Shown here: piece by piece, positions 25,731 through 39,054 of the stretch
How positions within the stretch are numbered: position 1 is the stretch's first letter
Layout of the letters: each line of letters opens with the position of its first letter
Assembly (NCBI GenBank): GCA_951406725.2
Contig: OX597820.1
Coordinates: forward strand, 120,094,001-120,158,000
Reading direction: 5' to 3'
Source: Octopus vulgaris
Lineage: Eukaryota
DNA: 64,000 nt
Notes under the pieces: generated by a model
What the model was told of the DNA's origin: nothing
Database searches by the model: none
The model's input: only the letters and a program-made list of their open reading frames with translations
Made by a program: the position numbers and the translations under genes

Positions 25731-26691
25731 AAAGCAGGATTCACCACTCTATCATAAAGTTCCTTTCTACATTTTACGTATGTAAAAATGTATTAATCAC
25801 AAAAATGAATGTCTTCACACGTTATTTAATTAATAAAATCCGTCTTTATATGGTTACATGTGTTAACATTAGTTCATGTGAGTGTGATTCTTCAAAGATA
25901 AATGTGTATAGACGCGTACACACAGACATATACGCATACATATCCAGATTTTATATGGTTGTATTTGTGTATGTTTTCATAATATACTGTGCAATGTCGA
26001 TAGACACAACCAATTCTTATGTATAATATTTTAGACCTGTGTAGTATTTTCTCTGCGACCCATTACTAAAAACAGGTTTTACGTTTATTCTCTCTTAATT
26101 CGAACTAAGATAAGATAGCCACCCATATTGTCAGATGATAAAATTTGAAGCATAAAATTGCCCAAATGGTACTCGTGGAAAAATCCCTGCATGCACTGAA
26201 CCATTTTAGTGACTTGATTTCTAGCATTTTTATCAGCCACTTGGAGGAAAATATAGTAGGGAATCCATTCATTAACGGAGAAACTCTTTCCAACACAGCC
26301 CTCCAACAGAGAATTACTGATTGCGTCACTTTTCAGGCAGGTTTGTAATGATAGAAATAAAGGGAATCAAATTGGTATGAACGGGAATATCTTGGAAAGA
26401 AAAATTAGTAAAGGTTTCGAAAGTTGCAATTCATGTTTGACAGACGCTTATCATAGCATGAAACATCCTACACCAATAAACGGAAAGGAAGAATAATTTC
26501 AAACAGAGAATTATAACTAAACAATCTACTTTCAAAGCAGCAGATTACATGTAACACACTGACATGATTTAAATATATCCCTTGCTGATCAATGGCTAAA
26601 TCTATGGGTTTTAGTGAATAATGTTTAGTAAAAGTCTACAAGTGCTATATGTATATACATACACACATGCATACATACATACATATATATA

Positions 26692-26796
<105 letters not shown>

Positions 26797-26855
26797 ATAT
26801 ACATAATACATATATACACACATACATATATATATATACATATATATATATATAT

Positions 26856-26921
<66 letters not shown>

Positions 26922-28101
26922 CTATATTCACAAACACAAATATGCGTCTAGTTTGAATGAATAAGCCGTAAACATTAGATCATTTGTGTATTTTATCATT
27001 ATTGATTTAATTGAAACTCTGGTATCAAACAGATTTTTTCCATATGATGGATGTAATAATCAATTGTTAATATAATTAATTTGAACAGAACGGATAATGG
27101 ATATTATAAGGATTAATTTTTTTCATATGTCGTGTAATTGATTTCCTATAATACGATTTTATCCCGTCGGCTTTAATATTATTTATGCATTTTTATGATA
27201 AGAAAGGGTTGCATCATATAAGTTCCATAATTGAACTTTCCATTTATGATCTGTGGCATTTCATTTGAACCGTGTGTGCTCAAAATTAAGTTATTCTTAC
27301 TAATTAAATTCTTGTAACATTAAAAAAACCATGAATAAATATCATATTTGAAATATGTTATTAGTCAGCAATAAATGGTTTTATATATTTTCCATGCAAG
27401 TGCCTCATGATATGTTTCCCTGTTGCACTGAGCTCTTCGGTGAATCCTTCCTACCTCGTAATGTAGATGAATGAATTTGTGAAATCGGAAATTTATGCAG
27501 CCTTCATTTAGAGTTTTCGGGAAAATGTAGTTTAAATATTTCAGAAACGGAACCCACATGATGAATAAATGATGAAATAGTTGCAATAAATTTAAAGAAT
27601 ATAAAATTACAAAAGTGTCTTCAAATAAATATATCTAACACACCCAGCCATCCACTGACTAAAATTAACTTTCATTTCTTTTGTTTCTTTAGTTTTTGAT
27701 TAATTTTAGACGCCAGCCTGTTTTTAATTATGCTTGAAGAATTCAGCATAAATATATTTTGCTAAGCTGTTAAAGAACATAACTGATATTACACAGGAAA
27801 AAGCTAAGTTCAAACTACATAATATAATACAGACAAATTGATTAAAAACCAATGGTAAGGCCAAATGGTTATCAAAATGATAAACACCAAAATTGCACGT
27901 TGCTTCAGTTATAAATGACCAAGTACCTAATGAAATATTGTACAAAAATACACTCCCCTGTTTTAAGTATGTGAAATTATTTGACTCTAAAATAAAATGT
28001 TTGGAACAGAGTATAATTATTTACTGCGGAACCATAAATGCATCAATTATATCGCTTGGATTTATTTCGATCTAATATTGCACATATAAACTAACATATA
28101 A

Positions 28102-28180
<79 letters not shown>

Positions 28181-28332
28181 GTGTGTGTGTGTGTGTGCAT
28201 GCGTACATATATATATATATATACACATTTATATGTAGATAGAGAGATAGATAAACATACTTTCTATGCATATCAATTATGTATATATACATATATATAT
28301 ATCTACATGTATATATATTCACAATTTATATA

Positions 28333-28373
<41 letters not shown>

Positions 28374-28474
28374 CTATCTATCTGACTGTCTATTTGTCTG
28401 TCTGTCTCTCTCACTCTCTCTCTTTCTCTATATACACACACACACACATATATATATATATGTGTGTATGTATA

Positions 28475-28537
<63 letters not shown>

Positions 28538-29894
28538 GTCTATGTATATGCAACAAGGACAACAGAGAACAACAGCAATCGAACAATGCATTGAATGCTG
28601 ATCGGTTTGTTTCAGCTTGTTTTCTATTATTTGGCAGAACTGGAAGAAAAATTAACGATGACCTCAGCAATAATGATCAAAATATATAGAAAATTAATTA
28701 TGAAACAATATAAATATCAATTGCTTTAATAAAAAAAAATGTGATGAGGATTATAACCTAGAAAAGAAAAGAGAGATAAAATGAACAAGTAACACGTCAG
28801 AGAGGAAAATATAATGAATTTTCAGGATGTATAAAAATGAGGAGAAAAACAAGTCAAGACTGAGAGATGGTGATGAAGAAAAAAGACGGTGCAAAGTTGT
28901 AAGAGTGAATTTATAATTAGTTATGTAAACGTAGCAATATATATATAAAGAGAGAGGAAAAAGATATTCTGAGAAACGAATGAAGAAATATTGAATATGA
29001 CATTGTTGAGTAAAGTTATTAAAGATTGGAATGAAAACAAAACAACTGAAAGGAAAAGAAGAACGGTTTTTACATAAAAAAAATGGAGTAGGAAATAGAA
29101 GTATAAAAATAATAGAAAATATGAGGAACTATTATTGAAAAATTGTACAGAAATACGAGACATTCAATAGGAGTATATAAAAAATAACATTATACAAAAA
29201 ATAGCATTTTCAATAGAGAACGAGAGTCGGCAAATTAAAAATAATCAAAGAAAGAAGGAAATTATAGAAAGCAAATGGCGTAAAGTAGAAAGAAGTTATG
29301 AATCAAACATTATGAATTAGATTTGTAGAATAATTACATAAATAATACCACACTATAGCTCCCATCACACACTCCATAATCACCACTCCTTTTTTTTTTA
29401 GCTGGAAGAAATTAAAATAGTTAATTGGTGATGTGGAGTCGAACGAAAAGATTAATTACGTAATAAAGTATTTTATCTATTTTGTGAGGTTCCACGACAA
29501 CACCACTAACGAATAAAACAAAAAAAACAACAAAAAAGTAGCCATTGTCAAAATAGGAAATCTTAAAACAAGAGCATTCATAAAACTATAAAATAACTAA
29601 CAAGCCAGAGCGTCTTTTAACCGAAATATAGCATGAAAAAAAAAACATAAAATGTAAAAACGAATGAACAAATAAAAAGAAAATACGATGAAAAAAATAA
29701 TAAATTCATTAACAAGCACTAAAAATATTAATAGTAATTAAAACAACAACAATAATAATAATAAATTTCATTAGTAGTGTGTATATTATTAAAACCACTT
29801 GTTATTTTATAAGGTTACCGTAATATCAATATGTGGTGATCTTAAGAGAAAACGAATATATATATATATATATATAACATAAAGAAGAACAACA

Positions 29895-29895
<1 letters not shown>

Positions 29896-29963
<68 letters not shown>

Positions 29964-29972
29964 GTAATAATG

Positions 29973-30059
<87 letters not shown>
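29896..30059. repeat. (TAA)n array, first of several in 29896-33517
   Basis: Direct reading. Confidence 0.97.
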
Positions 30060-30212
30060 TTTATCTTGATATGAGATCACCATGTCGCGCACATATGGTT
30101 GTGATGCATGTGCCTGGTGTACCTTTATCAGACGGGTAGTCATGATGGGTATACTGGGCTTCGTATATTTTACCCCAGTGTCACTTTGATGGCATGAACT
30201 GCTCTCTCACTC
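30060..30212 (+). mobile_element. 3' fragment of (TAA)n-associated element E
   Basis: Matches 33003-33154 and 30368-30520; ends ctcactc(aat)n. Confidence 0.8.
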
Positions 30213-30289
30213 AATAATAATAATAATAATAATAATGAATAATAATAATAATAATAATAATAATGATAATAATAATAATAGTAATAATG

Positions 30290-30367
<78 letters not shown>

Positions 30368-30520
30368 TTTATCTTGATATGAGATCACCATGTCGCGCAC
30401 ATATGGTTGTGATGCATGTGCCTGGTGTACCTTTATCAGACAGGTAGTCATGATGGGTATATTGGGCTTCGTATATTTTACCCCAGTGTCACTTTGATGG
30501 CATGCACTGCTCTCTCACTC
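30368..30520 (+). mobile_element. 3' fragment of element E, duplicate
   Basis: Same 5' truncation point as 30060-30212; period 308 bp. Confidence 0.8.
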
Positions 30521-30542
30521 AATAATAATAATAATAATAATG

Positions 30543-30600
<58 letters not shown>

Positions 30601-30637
30601 TAATAATAATAACAATAATAATAATAATCATCATCAT

Positions 30638-30822
30638 CAGACAAATACATAACAAAAACACCAGGACTTACAAACACATATAACATACAGAATATTGCAC
30701 TACTAGGCACTGCACACATCTTACGCAGAACACTTTCAATACAGTAACCATCAGACCATCACAACAAATCACAGCACATGCCCAAGGCATACAGAGCTGC
30801 GCTCGGTAGTGAAGTGAAAGCA
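30638..30822 (+). mobile_element. R4/Dong-type non-LTR retrotransposon 3' end (family 1)
   Basis: Translates DKYITKTPGLTNTYNIQNIALLGTAHILRRTLSIQ*, the typical R4/Dong C-terminus, followed by a 3' UTR. Confidence 0.75.
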
Positions 30823-30827
30823 GAGTA

Positions 30828-31218
30828 ATAGAAACGAGAAGGCTGATTTTATAGTAGTAGATAAAGATAGCAGAAGGTGCCAGAATATTGATTTTACAGT
30901 CTCAAATGAAAAAATGATATGAGAAGTATGGAAAAAATAGCAATGAACCAGGACCTAGATATTGAATTACAGAGACTATGGTAAGTGCAGGTAAAATGTA
31001 TCCCAGTAGTTATAGGTGCATCAGGAATTATCCCTAAATATTTGAACAGATGGATAGAGGAAATAGGCATAAAAATCAGTTAAGTACAGCTGCAGAAAAC
31101 AGTGTTATTAGGGACAGCTAGGATGCTTAGGAAAGTTTTTAGTATTTAAGTTTACTTGTTGTAACCCGATGTTAGCATTTTATTCTTTTCCAACAGTTTA
31201 ATCCGTTGAGTGTATAAG
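30828..31218 (+). mobile_element. R4/Dong-type retrotransposon RLE-domain remnant (family 2)
   Basis: Decayed frame DFIVVDKDSRRCQNIDFTVS...QDLDIELQRLW*VQVKCIPVVIGASGIIPKYL...LQKTVLLGTARMLRKVFSI*, followed by (TAC)n(TAA)n. Confidence 0.8.
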
Positions 31219-31264
<46 letters not shown>

Positions 31265-31360
31265 TTACTACTACTACTACTATACTACTACTACTGCTGC
31301 TGCTGCTGCTACTACTACTACTACTACTACTACTACTAATAATAATAATAATAATAATAA

Positions 31361-31750
31361 CATGACACTCCACCCAAAAAGTGACACAGGGAGATGATAC
31401 GTAACAAGAAAAAGAGGGGGAAGAGGACTTATTGGATGCGAACACAGAGCATTAGAGCAGCAGAAACCAACAAAGCATGCTATGCAAAAATGCCACAGAA
31501 CCGCTATTATTTGAAGTAAGAAGATCAGGCTTGTGTAGGATGAAAGATTGCAAAGATAAAGCACTGTACAAGAAATTGAAAACGAATGAAACTGAAAATA
31601 AGTGGGTAAAGAAAAGAATGCTTGGACAATTTCATAGAGAATTTGAAGGTAAGACAGACACAGCCAGAGAAAAAAGATGGCTGTGGATGACTAAAAGTGA
31701 TTCAAAACCAGAAACGGAGGTTCTAATCTGTGCAGCCCAAGAGAAAGCAG
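31361..31750 (+). mobile_element. R4/Dong-type retrotransposon internal fragment, post-RT region (family 3)
   Basis: LHPKSDTGR*YVTRKRGGRGLIG...WVKKRMLGQFHRE...WLWMTKSDSKPETEVLICAAQE motifs. Confidence 0.8.
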
Positions 31751-32515
31751 AAGACTAGTTAGTATAGACCATTGTATAAGCAGTGAAAGGAGAACGCTTG
31801 CCGAGTATTTGATAAATACTGATTAAGACCTGCTGCAATATGCCGCGAAAGATATGGGTGTAACTGCAGATAAAAAGATGGGCAAGGTAGGTTTTAACCA
31901 AAGAGCTGAGGAGAAGAGGAACGAAGACCTTCTTGAAATGTGAACGCGTGTACAGTCTGAAAGGAAAACACAATATGATAAGGTTCTTATAGCGTAAATA
32001 CCATTATGAAGTAACAGAGAACTGGTATGAGCATGTACCAAATAATGTCGTGCAGGAGGATGGAAAAATAACGATACTCTGGGACTATGATTTTCAGGCG
32101 GATCATGTAATCGAACACCGTCGATCTGATATTGTTATATTCAATAAGGGGGACAAATACTTTCAAATCATTGATGTAGCCATACCAAATGACATGAATG
32201 CTGTGAGCAAAGAGGTTGAAAAAAATCACCAAGTATTCCGAATTGAAAGTGGAAAGAGCAAGACAGTATGGAATGCGAGGTGCTAATGTAAAAGTGATCC
32301 CACTGGTGATCGGAGCGTTGGCCTCAATCCCATTGAAACTTAAAGATTTCTTAAGGGAACTAGAAATCCCATGCAAGATTGATGTCTTGGAAAATGCAGC
32401 CTTATTATGCACAGCACACATCTTAAGGAAAGTATTATCTGTCTGAGGTCCTTGTTGTGACTTGACAGATGACTAAAGACTCCAGTGCATTTTTATGTAC
32501 ATTGGGTTGCGGAGG
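31751..32515 (+). mobile_element. R4/Dong-type retrotransposon 3' portion with restriction-like endonuclease (family 4), frameshifted
   Basis: LVSIDHCISSERRTLAEYL..., then WYEHVPNNVVQEDGKITILWDYDFQADHVIEHRRSDIVIFNKGDKYFQIIDVAIP...KYSEL...IPLVIGAL...TAHILRKVLSV* (PD-(D/E)xK-type RLE). Confidence 0.88.
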
Positions 32516-32566
32516 AATAACAACAACAACAGTAATAATTATGATAATGATGATGATAATAATAAC

Positions 32567-32653
<87 letters not shown>

Positions 32654-33154
32654 TGGAAGTGTTATCATGTACATTGTTTTGTCTTGGTATAAAAGATGGG
32701 CTACAGCAAATATTCTGCTCAATACCACAGATTTGCTTGTCAGTTGTTTGACCGTAACCAGTTGCGCATGTCCCTTAGTGGCTGACGATATGTGCATTTC
32801 TGATCACGAGCAGAAGTAGTGGGGGAGCATCATAGCCATGTGTTGAGAAGGATTCTTTGGGGTTTGAATAATTCACCTCTGGAAACATGGGTGTTTCGTT
32901 CAACGTCCTTAAACAACCCTTATTCAGGGACCTTTTGAGCGGGATGGGTTACTCGATCTGAAGAAAATTCTAACTGGGCTCCACCTGCAAGGTCATGTGC
33001 TGTTTATCTTGATATGAGATCACCATGTCGGCACATATGGTTGTGATGCATGTGCCTGGTGTACCCTTATCAGACGGGTAGTCATGATGGGTATACTGGG
33101 CTTCGTATATTTTACCCCAGTGTCACTTTGATGGCATGCTCTGCTCGCTCACTC
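32654..33154 (+). mobile_element. Element E: 500-bp apparently non-coding unit bounded by (AAT)n on both sides
   Basis: Its 3' 152 bp recur twice upstream, each time followed by (AAT)n. Confidence 0.7.
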
Positions 33155-33192
<38 letters not shown>

Positions 33193-33457
33193 TGATGATG
33201 ATGATGATGATGATGATTACGGTGATGATGATGATGACAATGATGATGATGATGATGATGATGATAATAAAAATAATAATGATGATGATGATGGGGATGA
33301 TGATGATGATGATGATGATGGTGATTATGATGATGATGATGATAATAAAATAATAATGATGATGATGATGGGGATGATGATGATGATAATAATAATGATG
33401 ATGATGATGATGATGATGATGGGGATGATGATGATGACGATGATGATGATGATGAGG

Positions 33458-33517
<60 letters not shown>
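33155..33517. repeat. Compound (AAT)n/(GAT)n microsatellite
   Basis: Direct reading. Confidence 0.97.
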
Positions 33518-33519
<2 letters not shown>

Positions 33520-33889
33520 GAGGGAGCACAAGAAGAAAAATTAATACTGCTAACAAAACCATTAACATTATAATATGAAAGATGAGAATATTCATTTCAA
33601 TTTAATGATTTTCAGTTGTATAGAAATTAATAAACGCTTACCCGTATACATATGCACACGCATACATACATACATACATGCATACATGCATGCATACATA
33701 CATGCAATCATTCTTACGTACATACATATATACATATACATCCATGCATATATACACACACAGACACGCATACACATATATATGTATATATACATACATA
33801 TAAATAATAAAGTAAATAGAGAGGTTCAAATGAGAAGCCAATAAGTTATTTATATTATAACATATTATACTAGGAATGTAATATGATAT

Positions 33890-34114
33890 GTACTCTTTTA
33901 CTTCTTTACTTGTTTCAGTCACTTGACTGCGGCCATGCTGGCGCACCGCCTTTAGTCGAGCAAATCGACCCCAGGACTTATTCTTTGTAAGCCCAGTACT
34001 TATTCTATCGGTCTCTTTTGCCGAACCGCTAAGTGACGTGGGACGTAAAGACACCAGCATCGGTTGTCAAGCGATGCTAGGGGGACAAACACAGACACAC
34101 AAACACACACACAT

Positions 34115-34160
<46 letters not shown>

Positions 34161-34235
34161 GACAGGCTTCTTTCAGTTTCCGTCTACCATGTGGTTGGTT
34201 AGCAAGCTACTTACCACACAGCCACTCCTGCGCCT
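33890..34235 (-). mobile_element. SINE family B with internal deletion
   Basis: Consensus match; the CORE-like segment is missing between ccgtctacca and tgtggttgg. Confidence 0.9.
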
Positions 34236-34244
34236 TATGATATA

Positions 34245-34515
34245 TAACAGATAACAAAAAATATTAAAAACCGAAAGATACTATAATTTGTTTCGACATA
34301 TATATATTTTTAGATTTTTAAACAATTCATATCCATTTATGTAAGACTCATCAGATGTTTCGTTTAAAGACACACGAAATGATTTGTGAAAGGACAGCTG
34401 GATAGTAAAAATAATTGCATTATACCCCTATTTTTATGGTATTCATGTGATGTACCAGTGAAAGAGATATGTTACACACCCCTTTGAAGGAATTCCGTTC
34501 CTTAGATTTTATATA
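34245..34515 (-). mobile_element. Decayed relative of the 39055-39670 element
   Basis: Shares gaaaggac.gc.ggat and ccctttgaagga with 39055-39670. The minus strand has ctgatgagtc...tcgaaacaaatt with broken stems. Confidence 0.55.
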
Positions 34516-34792
34516 TATAATTTTTCTACCAGGACATGCCCTCTGGAAACGGCCGTAGGAAATGTACTTCCTCGAATTGTATTATTTAACTTATATACCA
34601 TTTATATATATTTAAAAACACATTGAATTCTATGCATCTGTTATTTGAAATTCTTAACCGCTCTTAATTTTACTACCAAAATTATTTTATCAGCTCATTT
34701 TCTCACACTTCATTCCATATAAACCCCATATGGGTATTATTTACATGTATTTTATGTATTTTAAAATATTCATATACGTCGATATGCATTAA

Positions 34793-34865
<73 letters not shown>

Positions 34866-34874
34866 ATATATATA

Positions 34875-35078
34875 TCATATTGAATCGTTAGCTTACGTGC
34901 AATTTTTTCTCTCCTTGTTTCTCTCCTTGTTTCTTTTCTGTGTATCTTTCTGTCGAAGAGCGTAGGCTCGAAACGTAAAAGACTTGTTTTATTTCTATTC
35001 CTGGGCGCCATACTAATACATTGTTTGTTTGTACTCCACTTGCCTTCGTCCTTTGTTTATTTTCGTAAACCTTCCCGT
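34875..35078 (+). mobile_element. Family G: ~200-bp (TA)n-embedded element with a minimal hammerhead-like fold at 34945-34982
   Basis: UCUUU-CUGUCGAA-GAGC-guag-GCUC-GAAACGUA-AAAGA. Four copies in the window. Confidence 0.75.
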
Positions 35079-35135
<57 letters not shown>

Positions 35136-35146
35136 TTGTGTGTATG

Positions 35147-35178
<32 letters not shown>

Positions 35179-36414
35179 CGCATTTTATGTCAAATTTAGT
35201 ACTGTATTGGTATGAATAAAAGGTTGATTGCCTAATTTGATTTTATATCTTAAATCTTATCTTTTGTCTAGGGTTCAACCCAAACACGTCTTAAACCGTT
35301 CTATACATTTTGTCAGAAAGAATAATAATATTACCCCCACACACATACATACATACACATATGTAAGTATCTGGGTGAGATTTCGTGTTTGCATCTGTGT
35401 GTTTGTGTGTGTGTGTGTGCATATGCATGTACATACATGTCATGAATGTATGTGATACTGAGGAGTGGTGATGCGCATGCACAAGTGCCGGTGTCTGTAT
35501 TTCAAAAGAAGTGAAAATATGCAAAACAATGAAATACAATTGTCTCCAAATATAGACACAATGGTGGCGATATTTAACATTCCAAATTGTGATATATTTC
35601 TGTGTTTTGTTATTGTATTTTTCTTCAGTAGTTTATTGTTTATTGCAGGAGTACATTTCTGTTTTATTGTTTTGATGCACTTCAATATATTCTGACACGT
35701 AGCACATTCACAATGAATAATTATAATTTATAAAATGAATTATTGTTGAAAAACACATTAAAACAATAATTAATTCTACTTGTACATTATAACCAGGCAT
35801 ATAACCATGCATTCACATATATACATAGCATCAGGAGTGTTTCAAATTTGGAAGGTTGAACATTTCCCTTCACAGCCAACAGCATTATGCTATTAAAGTG
35901 CAAAAATATAGAAATAGCAAGCATCCGAAATTAATCAAATACTAGTGTATATTATTCGCCCATGTTTTTGCATTTTCTGAAAAGATATATATCAAGGATT
36001 GGAAATAAATTAAACAATAGACAAATTGATAGGTTTCATTGTTTTGATTGGTAAGAAAATTTTCTATATTTAAATTATGACACAAAAGCTCAGTAGTGAA
36101 TGCACGTGCAGAAGGCAATCGGTCGAATATGGTAAAAAAACTTCCAACTGAATTTATTAATAAATTTCCACAACAGTCGCATAAACACATACCGTTACAT
36201 TAAAATTCTGTTGCATATTTAAAACTGCTATTTTATATGAAATGAATATAAACAGTCTCAAAACACAACACACACACATATATATATTTATATAAATGTA
36301 TACACACACACACACAGACATATATATATATATATATATACATATATATGCGTAAATTTATATACACATACGCATATACATATATATATATATTTACATA
36401 TATATAAAATAATA

Positions 36415-36860
36415 TAGGGTAGCAAAGTTTTAGGAGTTTCACTACCAGTGGCCTAGCATGTATAAGAAATCAATAGACAATACATTTTCCATATAAATTT
36501 AGTGCACATTTAAACACAAAAGAGGCGGTCCTTAACAGGCAGCTTTGCATGATAGAAGAAGTCAAAATGTCCAAATCCACATTTAAGAGCAATTTCGAAG
36601 GGAATGAAAAATAATATCTTTTACCTTGTTTTCTACAGCCATGCTCAGGTTTCGAACTTTTATTAGCAAATAAAATAATTTGCTAGGCGAAGTTCTCATC
36701 AGTGGCTACGCCAAAACATTAACATATAATTTAGAGACAGAGTAAAACGTGTCTCATCGTTATATATTATAATTTCACAAATTTCGACAGCTCCTTCTAG
36801 CATGTAAGGCTGCTTATTAAGGGTCACCTCTTTTGTGTTTAAATGTACACTAATTTTATA
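36415..36860 (-). mobile_element. Penelope-like remnant with inverted arms 36492-36563 / 36786-36860
   Basis: The arms are reverse complements with a hammerhead fold between them; flanked by TA-rich tracts. Confidence 0.7.
36637..36707 (-). ncRNA. Type I hammerhead fold with mutated cleavage triplet
   Basis: AGCCA-CUGAUGA-GAACUU-(30 nt with inner hairpin uagcaaa/uuugcua)-AAGUUC-GAAA-CCUGAG-CA-UGGCU. U16.1 is replaced by C. Confidence 0.7.
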
Positions 36861-36872
36861 TACATACATACA

Positions 36873-36910
<38 letters not shown>

Positions 36911-36941
36911 AATATATATATATATATATACATATATATAC

Positions 36942-37018
<77 letters not shown>

Positions 37019-37497
37019 TATGTATGTATATATATATATGCGCATAAATAGGGAGAGGCACAGAGAGAGAGATGGAGAGCCAAAGAAAGAGAGAAAGATA
37101 CAAAGAGAAGAAGAGGGAGAGAGATGAAAGTGAATGAGTGAAGATCGGTGCTTATCAAAATGTGGTCCACCACATGAATTATTGTAAGGTAAAACGCAGA
37201 ACAACACGTAAGCCTTCTAGAATATTCACTGCTGTTAGATGATCCGCAAACCAAAGACTGAAACGTTGAAGCGAACTTTGGTGTGGTGAAAGTAAAGCAA
37301 AAAATAAAAATGTTTACATTAAGAGATATTATTACATTGTACCATCATGAAGGTAAGTATTTATAAAGTACCACAACAATAAGATTCTGCAAAATAGAAT
37401 AGAAAACACCTTAAAACTTCCGGGTGAAACGTGTTGATTACGAGCAATTATCGACGAAATTATGACCGTAACCCAACTGTATGTGCCTAAGTGATGT

Positions 37498-37574
<77 letters not shown>

Positions 37575-37644
37575 AATCTATCTGTCTATCTATCAATCTA
37601 TGTAACTATCTACCTATCTATTTATCTGTCTATCTATCTATCTG

Positions 37645-37743
<99 letters not shown>

Positions 37744-37761
37744 CTGCATATATATATATAT

Positions 37762-37960
37762 AGGGAGAGTTTACGAAAAAAACAAAAGACGAAGACATGT
37801 GGTGTACAAAACAAACAAATGTATTAGTATAACGCTCAGGAATACAAAAAGTCTTTTACGTTTCTAGCCTAAGCTCTTCTACAGAAAATGACACAGAAAA
37901 CAAGGAGAGAAAAAGAGAAGAGAAAAAAATGTGTGTAGTGGCTAACGATCTATCATGGCG
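37762..37960 (-). mobile_element. Family G copy (fold at 37852-37889)
   Basis: Minus strand uuuuCUGUAGAAgagcuuaggcuaGAAACGUAaaaga. Confidence 0.75.
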
Positions 37961-38018
<58 letters not shown>

Positions 38019-38856
38019 AAAGAGATTGATTCAAATTGGTTGGTACACTTGAGTTTCAAACGCGAAGCCAGTCGTCAGCCATTTTAAATTTGAATGACAG
38101 AGGTCGGTTGTTATTACCGTAAGGTGCGCTGCGATTGAGGAATGTCACACGGTGTCGCGGTTTGATGTTGGTTTATGACTAACAGTTATTTGGAAAATAC
38201 TGCATGGCGAACAGGAAATTGAGCATGTGGAGGGCAGGAAATAGAGTAGAAGTCGGTCAGGGTGTTGATCGGGGCGAGTAGGAATGAGTGACATGTGCAA
38301 GTTTATAGTTTTACATGTGGGTGTGCACAGGCGCTCATATAATTTTGCCTGCATGTGCATATTGATGCAAATATGCGCATCTGTGTATGTGCACGCATGT
38401 GTACGTCTATACAAACTCAGACACACACAGTGTTTGAGCTTTTCGAAATTCAGTGATAGTTTGATACGGACAGTCTTGTATGTGAGGCCGTTAGTTTTAA
38501 GTGGAGAGTTTTAAACAGAGATATACGAGTGAAAAGTCAAAAGTGTGCGCGTAAATGCTGAGTGCTCAAAGAATTTAATAAAATCGCTAGATGCATGGGT
38601 ATGTGCGCATATATTCAATAGAAGCACCAGAGAAATTTACTCTGTACTCACGAAAAATTATTTGTTTTCCCACAGGTTATATTGCAGGCAGTATGGGGTC
38701 AACAGTAATCTTCTGTTGATTTCATATCGCAGCTTTCGCAAGAATTAGAAATTAAAATTCAGAGTTTTTCGAGTTGAGAAGGTTTCTGGTTCTTCAACTA
38801 CTTACTAAACAGAACAATAAAAAAACATTCGGTTGCCACGACTACACACACAAATA

Positions 38857-38929
<73 letters not shown>

Positions 38930-39054
38930 TATATACTTTATAAATAAAGCATATTACTCTACCACTGGTAATTGAGTACTCTTTTTTCCACCTTGTTTCA
39001 CATTTATGTGTTTACTTCGGTATATATATATATATATATATATGCATATATAAA

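Noticed and set aside
26085-26348. Three overlapping non-repetitive ORFs of 67-74 aa
   Set aside because: No recognisable protein motif, and the nearby splice-like sites do not give an open exon in the matching frame. An exon cannot be excluded without RNA-seq.
28690-29800. Strongly A/purine-skewed stretch
   Set aside because: Low complexity with no periodicity, credible ORF or terminal structure visible.
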